This document shows positions 21,864 to 33,300 of a stretch of DNA of 64,000 bases, one piece after another. The notes under the pieces are model-generated. The model was not told the DNA's origin, ran no database searches, and worked only from the letters and a program-made list of their open reading frames with translations. The first letter of the stretch is position 1. Every line of letters starts with the position of its first letter. The stretch comes from a virus, in the IMG/VR virus record IMGVR_UViG_3300048851_000105, positions 32,001 to 96,000 of that record. One strand, 5' to 3'. The position numbers and the translations under genes are program-made.

Positions 21864-22187
21864 GTGGTCACCACGATGGACAAGTTCATGGACTACCGCG
21901 TCTCGCCGTACAGCGACAAGCCGAAGCAGGACGTCGAGGTTCTGGACGAGCCGTTCCACTGCCGGGCCGATGGGGAAGTCATCACCCTGATCCAGAGCAG
22001 CAACTACGACCCCTCCAAGTGGGTCCACGAAGCCGGGGTCGACTGCACGAGCCCCTGGCCCCGTCCCAAGTGCGCCTACTGCGGCACCGACGAGGTCGGA
22101 GTCGTCGTCGATCGGCAGCACGCCTACCACGACGCCCGTGAGTGCAGCCGCTGCGGTGGCGTCACTGGCTTCGCGATCGGAGACTGA
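21864..22187 (+). CDS. Hypothetical zinc-ribbon protein
   Basis: CAYC..CSRC; GGAAGGAG RBS. Confidence 0.55.
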   Translation: MVTTMDKFMDYRVSPYSDKPKQDVEVLDEPFHCRADGEVITLIQSSNYDPSKWVHEAGVDCTSPWPRPKCAYCGTDEVGVVVDRQHAYHDARECSRCGGVTGFAIGD

Positions 22188-23407
22188 GCCATGGCCACCG
22201 ACTTCAGCGTCAAGACGCAGGCAGCCGCCTTCCAGGACGGTTACCAGCGTGCACTGGGCGACATCGCAGCAGCCTTCGAGAGCGGCGGCTACCATGCCGC
22301 TCTCGAATGGATTGCCAACAACCACACCCAGAAGGGGGCCTGAGATGGCCGCACACCACGACCACGAGCGATGGATGCTCCAGGAGAGCGCCCAGGGAGG
22401 CCTCTACTGCGCCCCCTGCGGGCAGCACATCCCCTTCCGCACCCCCGAGCAGGTTCGGCGCCTGGAGACGCTCAGAGCCCACGAGGAGGGCCTCTCCGAG
22501 GACATCGCCACCTACCGCGCCGAGGGACGGGACCGCAGCGAACTCATCGCCCTTCGGAATGAGGTCCGCGCCGAGATGCGCGACATCGAGAACAACACGG
22601 CCGTCCAGGAAGGGACCCCCGCATGACCGGGACACAGCGCCGCATCGAGACCCTTCGCGCGCATCAGGTCCTCGACGACTACGCCACCGAGGACGAGCGT
22701 CAGAGTGACCTTGTCGAACTGCGTGCTCTGGAGCGCCAGCAGGCGATCGTGATGGACGGCCAGTCCGTCCCGCTCCCCGAGGCCGCCGAGCGCATCATGT
22801 ACTGGGCCATCAACGAGGGCCCGCATCGACAGAGCACGTTCGAGGAGTGGCTCGAAGCCGAGCGCGCGAGGGCGTGGGAAGCGGGCTACCAGCAAGGGCA
22901 TCGACTCGGCCGCAACCTCAACCCCCACGCACCGAAGAAGGTCCGCTGATGAACGTCTGTTCCGAGTGTCACGTCCTCGACGGTCACAAGTTCTCCTGCT
23001 CCCAGCGCCCTGGCAAGGGGGCCCGCATCCCTGTGCAGCGCGTCAAGTGCCCGACTCAGGGACCACACGCCCCTCATGCGTGGCGCATCTCTCCTGAGGT
23101 CTCGCAGCACTGCGTCGGTGTGCCCCCTCAGGCGGGCCTCCTGACAGACGACGAGAAGATGGTCGCCGATCTCCTCCTGACGACCCAGCATGAGATCGAG
23201 CGGAAGCAGTCCGAGCGCATTACGTCCCTCCGGCCCAACGATCCGGGCTTCGATCACGAGGCATGGGAGCGCGAGCACCCCTTCCCTGGGTCGGTCACTG
23301 ATGCACAGGCCCGTGCGGTAGCAGCGTTGCTCCAGAGGGAGCGCGCGAAGGCATGGGAGGGCGGCCGTACGACCGACATCCCCAACCCCTACAAGGAGGC
23401 TTGACCC

Positions 23408-23821
23408 GTGACGAACACCGAGAAGATTCGGGCCGCCTACATCCGGTCGTTCGCTAGTCACGCGGTTCTGGAGACCGCAGCAGCGAAGCAGTTCGACGAG
23501 TGGCTTCAGCGCGAGCGTGCGAGGGCATGGGAGGAGGGCAAGGACGAGGCTCTGGGCGCCGGAGATCGGGATGCTCTGATCAATCCCTACGACCCTCCCA
23601 GGGAAGCCTCTCCTGTGGACCTCGACCTGCCTGAGGGTGGGCTCGCTGTCGGCACAGTCGTCTCGTACTACCGTGATCCCTCCATCCGCGGGAAGGTGAG
23701 TCTCGCGCAGGTTTCCGGTGACCACTGGGCCTATGCAGTGGCCTGGGACTACGCCCCCGAGCGCTCCACAGGCTGGTACACCCGCTCCATGCTTCGACCC
23801 GAGACCGAACAGAAGGACTGA
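23408..23821 (+). CDS. Hypothetical protein (FDxWL family)
   Basis: TNTEKIRAAY..FDEWLQRERARAWEEG..NPY. Confidence 0.6.
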   Translation: MTNTEKIRAAYIRSFASHAVLETAAAKQFDEWLQRERARAWEEGKDEALGAGDRDALINPYDPPREASPVDLDLPEGGLAVGTVVSYYRDPSIRGKVSLAQVSGDHWAYAVAWDYAPERSTGWYTRSMLRPETEQKD

Positions 23822-23823
23822 CC

Positions 23824-24132
23824 ATGGCACGCATCGAGCCCGACTACACCCCCACCACTGAGGAGGTGAAGGACGCCTATGGACTGGGCGGCGACGGCGC
23901 TGACTTCAAGGCCGAATACTGGGCCCGCAGAGAGGCGTTCGATCGCTGGCTGGCTGCGCACGACGCCGAGAAGGACGCGGAGATCGCGCGCCTGTCGCAG
24001 CGGCCGACCGTCGAAGAGGTGGCGCGGTCGGTGGGTTGGCAACATCCCCGAGTCCCCCATGACGAACTGAGGTCGATCGTGTCTGCCGTGCTCGCCCTGT
24101 TCCCCACCCCCAAGGAGACCCCCCGTGGCTGA
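23824..24132 (+). CDS. Hypothetical protein (TPTTEEV/FDRWLAAHDAE family)
   Basis: Motifs shared with neighbouring ORFs. Confidence 0.7.
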   Translation: MARIEPDYTPTTEEVKDAYGLGGDGADFKAEYWARREAFDRWLAAHDAEKDAEIARLSQRPTVEEVARSVGWQHPRVPHDELRSIVSAVLALFPTPKETPRG

Positions 24133-24655
24133 GCACACCCCCACCACCGAAGAGGTCCGGCAGCGGTACGCCTACGACGAGTGGACAGACCCACAGGAGA
24201 GCGACTACGCAGCGTTCGACCGCTGGCTGGCCGCCCACGACGCCGAGGTACTGCGCGACGGAGGCTTGGTCCGTGTCGAGACCGCCGAGAAGTACCGCCA
24301 GCGGTGGGAGGATGCCCAGGCTGAGGTGCGTCGCCTGTCCCAGCGGCCCGCCATCGAAGAAGTCGTGCGAAGGCTTTGGACCGAGAACGCGAGCCTGACC
24401 AACATGCAGGCACGGAACCTCGTCGAGGACGTGCTCGCCCTGTTCCCCGCACCCAGGGAGACCGCCGATGAGCGCACTCGTTGCCTGTCCGTTCATCGGG
24501 GTGTGCAGTGTCAGGGGTACTGGGAGCACCACCTGGACGAGACCACCCACTTCCATCAGGGTGACGAGGAGTACGGCGGCCCCAGCCACAACCACCACTG
24601 GGAGGGCCCGTCCTGGCGCTCTCTCCGCACCCGCTTGGAGGAGACCCATGCCTGA
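24125..24655 (+). CDS. Hypothetical protein (TPTTEEV/FDRWLAAHDAE family)
   Basis: Paralog of 23824-24132 with an added Cys/His C-terminus. Confidence 0.7.
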   Translation: MAEHTPTTEEVRQRYAYDEWTDPQESDYAAFDRWLAAHDAEVLRDGGLVRVETAEKYRQRWEDAQAEVRRLSQRPAIEEVVRRLWTENASLTNMQARNLVEDVLALFPAPRETADERTRCLSVHRGVQCQGYWEHHLDETTHFHQGDEEYGGPSHNHHWEGPSWRSLRTRLEETHA

Positions 24656-25064
24656 GCACGTCCCTACGAGGGAAGAGATCGAGACCGCGTACGCCGGGGG
24701 GTGGAGCGAGGACTCGATCCCTGGCAAGAACGCCCGTGAGGAGTTCGCCGCCTGGCTGGCCGATCACGACGCTCAGGTCTTGGACATCGCTCGCCGCCCC
24801 CGCATGATCGCCGCCGAGAGAGAGGCCAACGCCGCCGATGAGAAGACCGTGATCCGGGACGTCAACGGCGACGTCTTCGAGAAGGTCTCAGGCCGAGGCT
24901 GGGAGATGACAGGAGAGTCCGGACGCTGGGGGCCGACCTGGATCAAGTACCCCGCCACTGTGCTCTGGGCGCCGCTCTACGGCCGCATGGAGGTGGCACC
25001 CGTCGATCTCCAGCAGCACCCCACACAACCCCGTCCTGAGGGCTACCAGGGAAGCCCCGCGTGA
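24648..25064 (+). CDS. Hypothetical protein (same family)
   Basis: EHVPTREEI..FAAWLADHDAQV; GGAGGAG RBS. Confidence 0.65.
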   Translation: MPEHVPTREEIETAYAGGWSEDSIPGKNAREEFAAWLADHDAQVLDIARRPRMIAAEREANAADEKTVIRDVNGDVFEKVSGRGWEMTGESGRWGPTWIKYPATVLWAPLYGRMEVAPVDLQQHPTQPRPEGYQGSPA

Positions 25065-28000
25065 CCGAGCCCCTGAGCCCCCTCGACAGGGAGGTGAGCG
25101 ATGGCACGCGCTACCTCCTCTGGCCGGACGCCGAGATCGCCTGGCGCTGTCATTGGTGCAGGCTGGTCTACTCCGACCCGAAGGCGCACTTCCGCTCCTA
25201 TCCCCAGTGCCGATCATGACGTGTCCATCGTGCGGGGGTTCTGTGGCCCCTGAGAGCCTCTACAACGGCTCAGGGACACCTGTGGCCACCGTCGACAGAT
25301 GCGTGCGCTGTGGGCGCATGGAAGCCCGCTGAGGGCGTATCACAGGCATGACGAGCAAGAAGACGACGGAAACGGCCTACCTTCTGGGCATGAAGCCGAA
25401 CTCCCGCACGGGGTTCTATCACGTTCACTCCGCCTCGTACGAGTGCGGGATGGCCTATCGAGGACACGACGAACTCTGGTGGCCGTGCTCACGCCTGGTG
25501 AATCACGAGGGGCCGTGCGGGTACGAGGACAACACGGCGTACTGAGTTTCTCGATTTCTCTGTAACGTGTTACAGTAGTAACGTATCCAGAGAGAGGATG
25601 GACCCCATGGCTTCCATGACCTGCCCCGGATCGGGCTCCCAGCCCGTCGTCCCCGCCAACGTCAACATCGGCGAGAACGACAAGGGCCTGGCGTCGACCT
25701 GGCCCCACTACCGCGGCCTGTGTGGCCACTGCAACGGCTTCTACGCCCCCAACAGGGACGGCAGCCTGCGCAAGCACGTGTTCTACAGCGGCCCCAGCAC
25801 GGAGTACGAGGCCGAGCACCGGAATGCCTGGTTCGCCCAGCACGGCGTGAAGGAGGTGGCCTGAGATGGCTCTCAAAGGACTGAAGCCCAGCGCCGAGCA
25901 GGTCAAGCGCGTGCGGCAGAAGCAGCGCACCGAGAACACCCTGGCCATCGAGGCCCTGAAGCGCGGTGACGCCGAGGGCTTCCACCGCCACGCCGACGAG
26001 GCCGCTGTGTGCGCCTCGTGGATCAGGACGTACGTCTGATGGACATCACGTTCCAGCCGTCGAGGTTCTCCCACCGCATCTTCGGGGTCTTCATCGACGG
26101 TAAGCCCGTCGGCATCGTCCGAAAGACCGGACACGTACTGTGGCGCGCTCGCGTCTCAGTCCCCAACATGATCGGAATCGGTGTCGGCTACGGCCTCACA
26201 CCCAGAGCAGCGGTCGAGGCCGCGTGGAAGAAGGTGACCCAGTGAGCATCGATGAACTGCCCGACATCCTGGAGCGCGAGGCCCAGAAGCACTCGACCCA
26301 CGTCGCCAACGGCACTTCACTGGGCGGGGAAAGCCCAGCCTGGAACGAGGGCGCTGCGGCCGGACTGCGAGCCGCAGCGTCCCTGGTGCGTGGCGTCATC
26401 GCCGAGCGCGACAAGTCTCAGACCCCAGCCGAGCACGCCGCTGAGGCGTTCCTCACAGGACGCGTTCCCTCCACACACCCCGATCCTGGCTACACACACG
26501 CCGACCTCGCTCTCGACGAGTGGGAGGAGAAGTCATGAGGAAGTACACACGCGGGCAGCGGGTCCGCATCATCTCCACCGGAGAGGTGGGGATCGTCGAC
26601 TACGTCGGCGACGACAGCAGAGCCGTCCGCCCCTACTGCGTCCGCCTCGACGGCCGCACTCCCTGGCATGCCGAGGATGAGTTGGAGGCCATCGAGGTGG
26701 CTCGCACTCTCCTGTACGAGGACCTCCCCCGCAGCGAGGCGGTGCAGTACCAGATGGCCGTCGAAGCCGCCTGGGCCGACCTCGCCATGGCAGAGGCCCG
26801 ACACGGCCGCGTCGCCACTCCCGCCCAGATCATTCAAGCCGTTCTGTCGGCACTCCCCGCGATCTTCCCCATCGAGAAGGAACTCCAGTGACCAAGACAT
26901 TCACCGCCCGCACGGCGCGCAAAGCCCCGACCGACACCAAGGGGTCGGTCATCACGGTCTACGCAGAGGGGCGCCAGCAGACGGTGCCGTGGGACTACAA
27001 CGCCGACGATCCCCACCGCGCGGCCGTCCTGGTCATGTTCCCAGGCGCCACCCTGAAGCACCGCGGCACCACCACGTACGGCCACCTCTACGTGGTCACG
27101 ATCGAGCCCGAGAGGAAGACGTCATGACCGACATCGACGCCCCGTTCTACGACACGCACCTGCGCGACCACCCCACGACGCTCACAGGCTCTGTGACGCC
27201 GGGGGTGAACGTCGACCCCATCGACGTCTCCGCAGGGCTCCAGATGGCCGCCACGATCGGCTACAGCGACTGGCAGGCGCAGATGGTGGCCGAGCACGCG
27301 CTCCTCCGCTGGAAGCGCGGCGAGGAGACCAGCGGGCAGCGCCTCTGGCTGAGCGAGTACCCCAACGACCTCACGTCCTGGACCATGATCCTGGCCGCCG
27401 CGCAGGCAGGAGCGACGAACCCCTCTGACTGGGATGAGCAGCGAGAAGATGAAGCGAATCGTCGTCTCGACCAAGACACGGCAGGAGCACCGCTGTGAGC
27501 ACGTACTGGTACTTCGAGTGCATGGAGCACGACCCGCCCCTTCGGAGCGATGAGGAGTTCACCCAGCACACCAACGACGCCTCGTTCGAGCGCGCTGTCG
27601 CCCTGGCATGGATGAGGCCGCTCGTCGAAGACCCCGAGGTATTCGGAAGTGTCGCTGCGGACTACTTCGAGAGGAATGCTCACGCCTTCCTGGTCAAGCA
27701 CCCGCACTGCCGCGTCGAGATGGTCTCCGAGTACGGCGTTCGCCAGGCACTGGAGGATCACACGTGGACCCTCTCTGGGCCTGTGCGGGTGAAGACGCCC
27801 GAGCAAATCGCCAACGACTACATCGGGACCATCCCCGGCATGGCGCCGACCGATACGGCCGTGAACCTCAGGATGGACGTCGACAATCTGCGCGCGGCGA
27901 TCGTCAGCGCGATCGAGGCCGACAGGAAGCAGCGAGATGCCGCCATCGCTGAGGTGCTGCGCATGCCCGACCGACACGAGGCCGTCCCCGTCGAGGAGCC

Positions 28001-28236
28001 CCAGCGCCGACACGACTACCTGCGGGGCTACCGCGCGTTCCGTGACGAGGTCCGCGCCATCCTGGGGGGCGACCCCAGGTGACACATCAGCGTGTGCGTA
28101 GTAGGCAGATCACCTACCTGAACGGCTACGACAGAGACGTCGAGGCTATCCGTGTGGAGCGCTGGCACAAGGGCGAGTGGAAGTTCCTGTTCGTCCGCGT
28201 CGCCCCCGAGTGGGATGTTCTGACAAGGAGACGATC

Positions 28237-28548
28237 GTGACTGAGTACGTGCCTACCACCGAAGACGCGCTGCGCGAGTTGCGATACGCCGCCACTCACT
28301 TCGACGCCATGATGCCCCCCGAGGGCTTCAACGCAGCGCTTGCCGCACACGATGCCGAGGTGCTGCGCCCCTTCCGCGATGAACTCGCGACACAGGGACT
28401 TCCTGAGACCGCCACCCTCGCCGACCTGATTCGACACCACCGCGGCAACGCAGCGGCGGCTGCGGCATTCGACTCACTGGCTCAGCAGCAGCCGAAGGGG
28501 AAGTGGGTATTCGACGGCGACGTGGACGTCTGGGTGCCGGAGCAGTGA
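28237..28548 (+). CDS. Hypothetical protein (same family)
   Basis: EYVPTTEDA..FNAALAAHDAEVL; AAGGAG RBS. Confidence 0.6.
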   Translation: MTEYVPTTEDALRELRYAATHFDAMMPPEGFNAALAAHDAEVLRPFRDELATQGLPETATLADLIRHHRGNAAAAAAFDSLAQQQPKGKWVFDGDVDVWVPEQ

Positions 28549-30658
28549 CGGCTTGCGAGGGCTGCGGGCACGGCGAGAACTCCCACCGCTACATGGCCGG
28601 AATCCTGGGGTTCTGCGAAGAGGGTCGGTGCTCCTGCCCCTTCTACACGATCACTCTGCCCGACCCCGGCGATTTCGGAGGGATGAGCACGTGAAGTTGG
28701 TGGTCTGCGACCCTGACGAGCCCACCCCTGAGGAGAAGCGCCGGGAGGAGTGGGATCGGAAGCACCCTCGCTGCGGCGAGTGTGGGCAGTTCCTCCGCAG
28801 GCGCAAACCCCGACACCCGGACGCGCTTAACTTCGGCCTGCGCGAGGACGAGTGGATCGGGCATCACTTCCAGGACTACTGGGGAGAGTGGGACCATGTC
28901 TGACCCCGTCAACCTGTCCGACTACCGCAACCAGAAGATCGTCGAGTCGTTCCCCGAGGGTTCGGTCGGTGCCATTCTGAGAGACCTGCGTGCGTCACAG
29001 GGGCGCACGCTCTACGTCGTTCCCGAGGAGGAGCAATGAGTGAGCGCGCTCAGCCGAACCGGCGCCGGTGCCTGACGACGGGTTGCAACCCCGTGCTGCA
29101 CGGTGACGACCAGGCCGCAGCACACACGGCCGAGACGGGGCACCGCACGGCAGCGTGGCCGGTGCGCTCCGCCGAGGGGAAGCGCCGGGCGCGCGCGCGG
29201 AACCGGACAGGCTACTACGACCGCTACAACGTCGGCGCCAAGTCCCCCGAAGCGCGTGGACTTCGACGCGGCGGGGACGGCTTCGGCGAGTGGGACGGCC
29301 ACAAGACCGATTAGGAGAAATCCTCTGTATCGGTTACACTGGTAACGTACCGCTTCTGGAAGGAGCATCTCATGGCCGCCAAGCCTCGCATCTTCGCTAG
29401 CACTCCACACGGCAAGGTCGTGAATCCCATTCTCCGCGAACTGCGCGAGAAGAAGCGGGACGTCTACGATCTCCTGATGGACCTGGATTCCATGTGGGCC
29501 GACCAGTTCAGCGATGCCCAGGTCTGGCACGCACGCGAGGTTCTCTCACTCTTGGGCTCGCTCCGAACCGTCAAGGGGGCGTCGTGAACTACGCGATCGG
29601 CGTCTGTGCCCTGATCCTGGCCTACGTGCTCGCAGCGTGCGCTCTGGTCTCCGTGGTCGGCGCCGCCTTCCGCGGCACATTCCCGGCCGAGGAGGTCGCG
29701 TCCGTGGTTCCCCTGGCCGTCATGGCCGCTCTCGTCTGGGGTGCAGGACGCGCCCTGACACACACGAAGGAGTCGGCCGAGTGAGCAAGCAGATCGAGTC
29801 CATCCGCATCTGGACGGACGCGGACTGGCATGTGCACATTCGCCTGCGGTCCGATATGCGGAACACTCCGCAGAAGTTGCAGCGCTTTGCGCGCAGCCTC
29901 ATCGTCGATCATGTCGCCCGAGCCGAGCAGCAACTCGGAGAGCGTCTGGTTGTCGCAGCCAGGCGCGTCACCCAGAGCATCTATGTCCCCATCACCCCGG
30001 CGATCGTCCACGAGGACGGCACTGTGGAGTTCATCGAAGGAGCCCGCCCATGACCACCTCACAGCCCGTAGCAGCCCGTCTGACGCCCAAACACGGCTGG
30101 AACATCGACCAGCACCAGGACGGCACGTTCACGTGCTCACGAGGCGATGTGTCGCTTCGCGTGACGGTCATTCACGACTCCGTGCACTTCCAGGACGCTC
30201 GCCCCGGCACGGTGAACGCAGACCAGTACACCTACCTCGCCGAGCAGATCGGGGAGATGCAGAACCAGCAGATGATCACCGCCGCCATGCAGGAGAAGAT
30301 TTGATGGTCGAATCAACTGAGCGTCGTCGCGAGCGTGCACGACTGAAGGCGCGGCTCTTTCCTCACATCTACGGCACAGACCCCGTCCGCCGAGAGGCCG
30401 CCACCAAGGCCATTCAGAACTTCGACGCTGAGACGCGGGAGAAGGGTCTGTGAATCCGGAGACGATCCCCGAGATGCAGGTGCACGGCTGGCTCATCGAT
30501 CACGCAGGCGCCGACACGTTCCGAGCCACCAAAGGCGACGTGACCGTCAGCATCGAGTACGAGGACCCGACCACGTTCGTGCACACCCCGGACGTCATGC
30601 CTGCGGATGAGCGAGCGACTGTGGAGGACGCCATCGTCAACACCTGGCCAATCGAGTC

Positions 30659-31024
30659 ATGGTGAGAGGCTTCGACGTCCCCTTCGGCTGGGAGGACGAG
30701 CACCTGCGGATGCCCCGTCCTGTTCCACATCGGCGTGTGCGCTTCATGGAGTACGTCGAGTCGGTCACTGAGGACGGCCGCCGCAACGTGGCCATGCGCG
30801 CGCTCGTGGTGCCCAACGTCGCGGTCCTTCAGTGGGAGGTCGTCAGCGGCGAGATCGACTACGTGCGCGTGTACGCCCCGTACCAGCGTCAAGGCATCGC
30901 GACTCGGCTGTGGTGCGCGGCGAATCTTCTTCAGCCGGTGCTGCACTCGGCCTGGAGGAGCACGGACGGGGACGCCTGGGCTCGCGCAGTCGGCGGCGAC
31001 CTGCCGAAGAACGAGTGGCACTGA
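30659..31024 (+). CDS. GNAT-like acetyltransferase
   Basis: Acetyl-CoA motif A: IDYVRVYAPYQRQGIATRLW. Confidence 0.65.
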   Translation: MVRGFDVPFGWEDEHLRMPRPVPHRRVRFMEYVESVTEDGRRNVAMRALVVPNVAVLQWEVVSGEIDYVRVYAPYQRQGIATRLWCAANLLQPVLHSAWRSTDGDAWARAVGGDLPKNEWH

Positions 31025-31044
31025 ACCATTTCTTGAAATGAGTG

Positions 31045-31073
31045 TAGACACCGTGACTACTGTCACGTATACT
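31045..31073 (+). promoter_or_regulatory. SigA-type promoter for leaderless hicA with an operator box
   Basis: TAGACA-17 nt-TATACT, 6 nt before the GTG; GTGAC TACT GTCAC in the spacer. Confidence 0.75.
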
Positions 31074-31079
31074 GAATTC

Positions 31080-31286
31080 GTGAGACAGTTCAGCGCCCAA
31101 GACATCGTTCGGGCCTTGCGCAAGCGAGGCGCCGAGTTGGTCCGTCAGAAGGGCAGCCACGCGACCTACCGCGTCGGCAACTGCCAGGCCACGGTCGCCA
31201 TGCACAAGGGTGACGTGCCTCGTGGAACTGTCCGAGCGATCGAGCGGGCCTTCGAGCCCGAGTTGGGTGAAGGGTGGTTGAAGTGA
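31080..31286 (+). CDS. hicA: HicA toxin (mRNA interferase)
   Basis: IVRALRKRGAELVRQKGSH..TVAMHKGDVPRGTVRAI. Confidence 0.9.
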   Translation: MRQFSAQDIVRALRKRGAELVRQKGSHATYRVGNCQATVAMHKGDVPRGTVRAIERAFEPELGEGWLK

Positions 31287-31603
31287 GAATTACTCAGGCA
31301 GACCTGGACATGAGTCGGTACTTCGACGCGAAGGTCACGAGAGAGGGCGAGCGCTATCTCGCCGCCGTCGACGAGTGCAACGCGTTCACGTACGCCGACT
31401 CGGTCACGGAACTCCGCGCCAACGTGATGGAGGCCGTCGAGGCCGCCACGGGCGTTGCTCCTCTCCACGTGAGCCTCCAGTACCAGTGGACGGACGACTC
31501 CGGCGAGGTCTACGGCATCACGGAAGAGAACGAGCAGGTCGCTCGCACGGTTCTCTACCACCAGGGCGCCGACTACGCCTCTCTCCGGCCGGTGACCTCG
31601 TGA
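31283..31603 (+). CDS. hicB: HicB-like antitoxin
   Basis: GTGA overlap with hicA; AKVTREGERYLAAV..FTYADSVTELRANVMEAV. Confidence 0.75.
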   Translation: MRITQADLDMSRYFDAKVTREGERYLAAVDECNAFTYADSVTELRANVMEAVEAATGVAPLHVSLQYQWTDDSGEVYGITEENEQVARTVLYHQGADYASLRPVTS

Positions 31604-32396
31604 CCGCCGAGGAGGTCGAGCAGAAGGCTCTCGACGCCACGGCCGACAAGATTCTGCGGGACCTCGAAGGCTTCCTCCAGAGCGCCTACTCGATCTACGA
31701 CGTCGCCAAGGCGATCCCGCATCCCTACGACGCGATCGGCGACATGGGCCAGCGGTTCCTGCACGACTTCCGCGGCTTCGCCTTCACTCTGGAGACGTAC
31801 GTCGAGAGCACCCGACCCAAGCCTGAGCCCGAAGTGCCTGAGATCGAGTGGGAGTACGGCTTCTACGACACCGACGACCACCAGAGTCCGGCACGCGTGT
31901 ACTGGTCGACATTCGGCGGCCCCGTCGGGTTCGACACACCGGAGTCCGCAGCGGGCACCGCCAGCAAGAGCGTGACAGGCCAGGCCGTCATCGTTCGCCG
32001 CCCCAAGGGCAGCGACGGGGGCTGGCACATCTATCAGAAGGAGGCCTGACATGACAGGAGCACGACGGCAGAAGGCGCCCATGCGCCGCGCGCACCAGCG
32101 ATCGTTCGAGAAGACCGAGCAGGCTCAGGCCCGAGCGGATGCCCTTCCGCGAGTGCGCGCGTCTCTCGAACGGCGCCGCCACCTGACAGCCACACAGATC
32201 GTCGACGCGCTCGTGACCTACGACGTGCAGCGGTGGTGGGAGCGATGAAGGAGCGCCCCTGGGTCGAGGTTGCGATCAGCAAGGGGCTTCTGAGCCCCGG
32301 CGCCCGCGGCATGACCACCGCCGACATCCTCTGGCAGTACGCCGAGATCAACATCATCTCCCTCAACGAAGCGATCGACCAACTGGAGGCTCGACT

Positions 32397-32690
32397 GTGA
32401 AGCGCACGCTCGCAATCCTGGCAGGGGCCCTGCTCCTGCTCACGGGATGTTCGTCCATCTCGGAAGGCGAGATCGTCGAGAAGAACCACCGGGACGCGTA
32501 CACCTACCCGGTGCAATACTGCGCCATGTTCAACACCAAGACCGGTGGGTGCTCGATGCACATGACGCGCTTCGACACCATGCCGGAGTCATGGTGGTTC
32601 AGCATCGAGAAGGGCGGCGACGAGGGCTGGGTCTACGTCGGCCCGGCGACCTTCGAGAAGTACAACGTCGGCGACTGGTACAACGAGTGA
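32397..32690 (+). CDS. Putative lipoprotein
   Basis: MKRTLAILAGALLLLTGC lipobox. Confidence 0.7.
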   Translation: MKRTLAILAGALLLLTGCSSISEGEIVEKNHRDAYTYPVQYCAMFNTKTGGCSMHMTRFDTMPESWWFSIEKGGDEGWVYVGPATFEKYNVGDWYNE

Positions 32691-32814
32691 GGACGCGATA
32701 GGCTCCTGAGATCGGTACATTCACTCGCCTGTCATGACCGGTCATCCTCTGGATTAGATACCCAGAGCAGCGCGCCCCCTCGATTCGGCTCCCGCCACAC
32801 TGAGGGGGCGTTCT
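32691..32814 (+). ncRNA. Hairpin array carrying rRNA-like motifs (candidate rRNA mimic)
   Basis: CTCT-GGATTAGATACCC-AGAG; GATCGGT..CACTCGCCTGTCA..ACCGGTC; CGCCCCCTCGATTCGGCTC..GAGGGGGCG. Confidence 0.55.
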
Positions 32815-33245
32815 GTATGGGGGACAGCGGACACGGTGGAGCATCGCGTACCATCGTGGTGCATGGAGACCGTGAAGACAGCCCTGGCCCGCATGCGCGA
32901 GGAAGTGCTCTCGTTGGCCGCCAATGGTGCCTCACCGGCCGACGTCGCCGATTACTACGAGCAGGTGATCCTCACCCGGCTGGAGCGCGTAGAGCATCGC
33001 CTCGTGACGGAAATCTACGGACTGGACGGCTGGCAGCCCTACCACCACGTCCCGCTCTCGTCTCGGGAGGTGGGCCTCCTGCCGAGTCTCCAGATCGCTG
33101 CGACCCAGCGACAGAGACCTGAGAATCCCTCCATTGGGGACTACGGGTTCTCGTGGCTGGAGATTCGACTCGTGACCGGCTGGGAGCGCGAGACGCCTCT
33201 CCCCCGCGCAGAGCGCGAATTATCCTCAGGTGTTGCATTGTCACG

Positions 33246-33300
33246 GTGACCTGTGTAACGTGGGGTATGTCAGAGATACCGCTTCTGGAAGGAGCACCCC
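33246..33300 (+). promoter_or_regulatory. Repeated promoter/operator plus 5'UTR cassette
   Basis: GTGAC CTGT GTAAC..TGTCAGAGA..CCGCTTCTGGAAGGAGCACCCC-ATG. Confidence 0.75.

Noticed and set aside
31078-31091. TCGTGAGACAGTTC, an exact match to 23S rRNA helix 93
   Set aside because: It spans the hicA start (M-R-Q-F) and is not in a hairpin; an isolated 14-nt match is plausible by chance in 64 kb
32691-32814. True rRNA gene fragment or chimeric read
   Set aside because: The motifs come from both 16S and 23S, are out of order and sit in non-rRNA stems; there is no continuous rRNA homology
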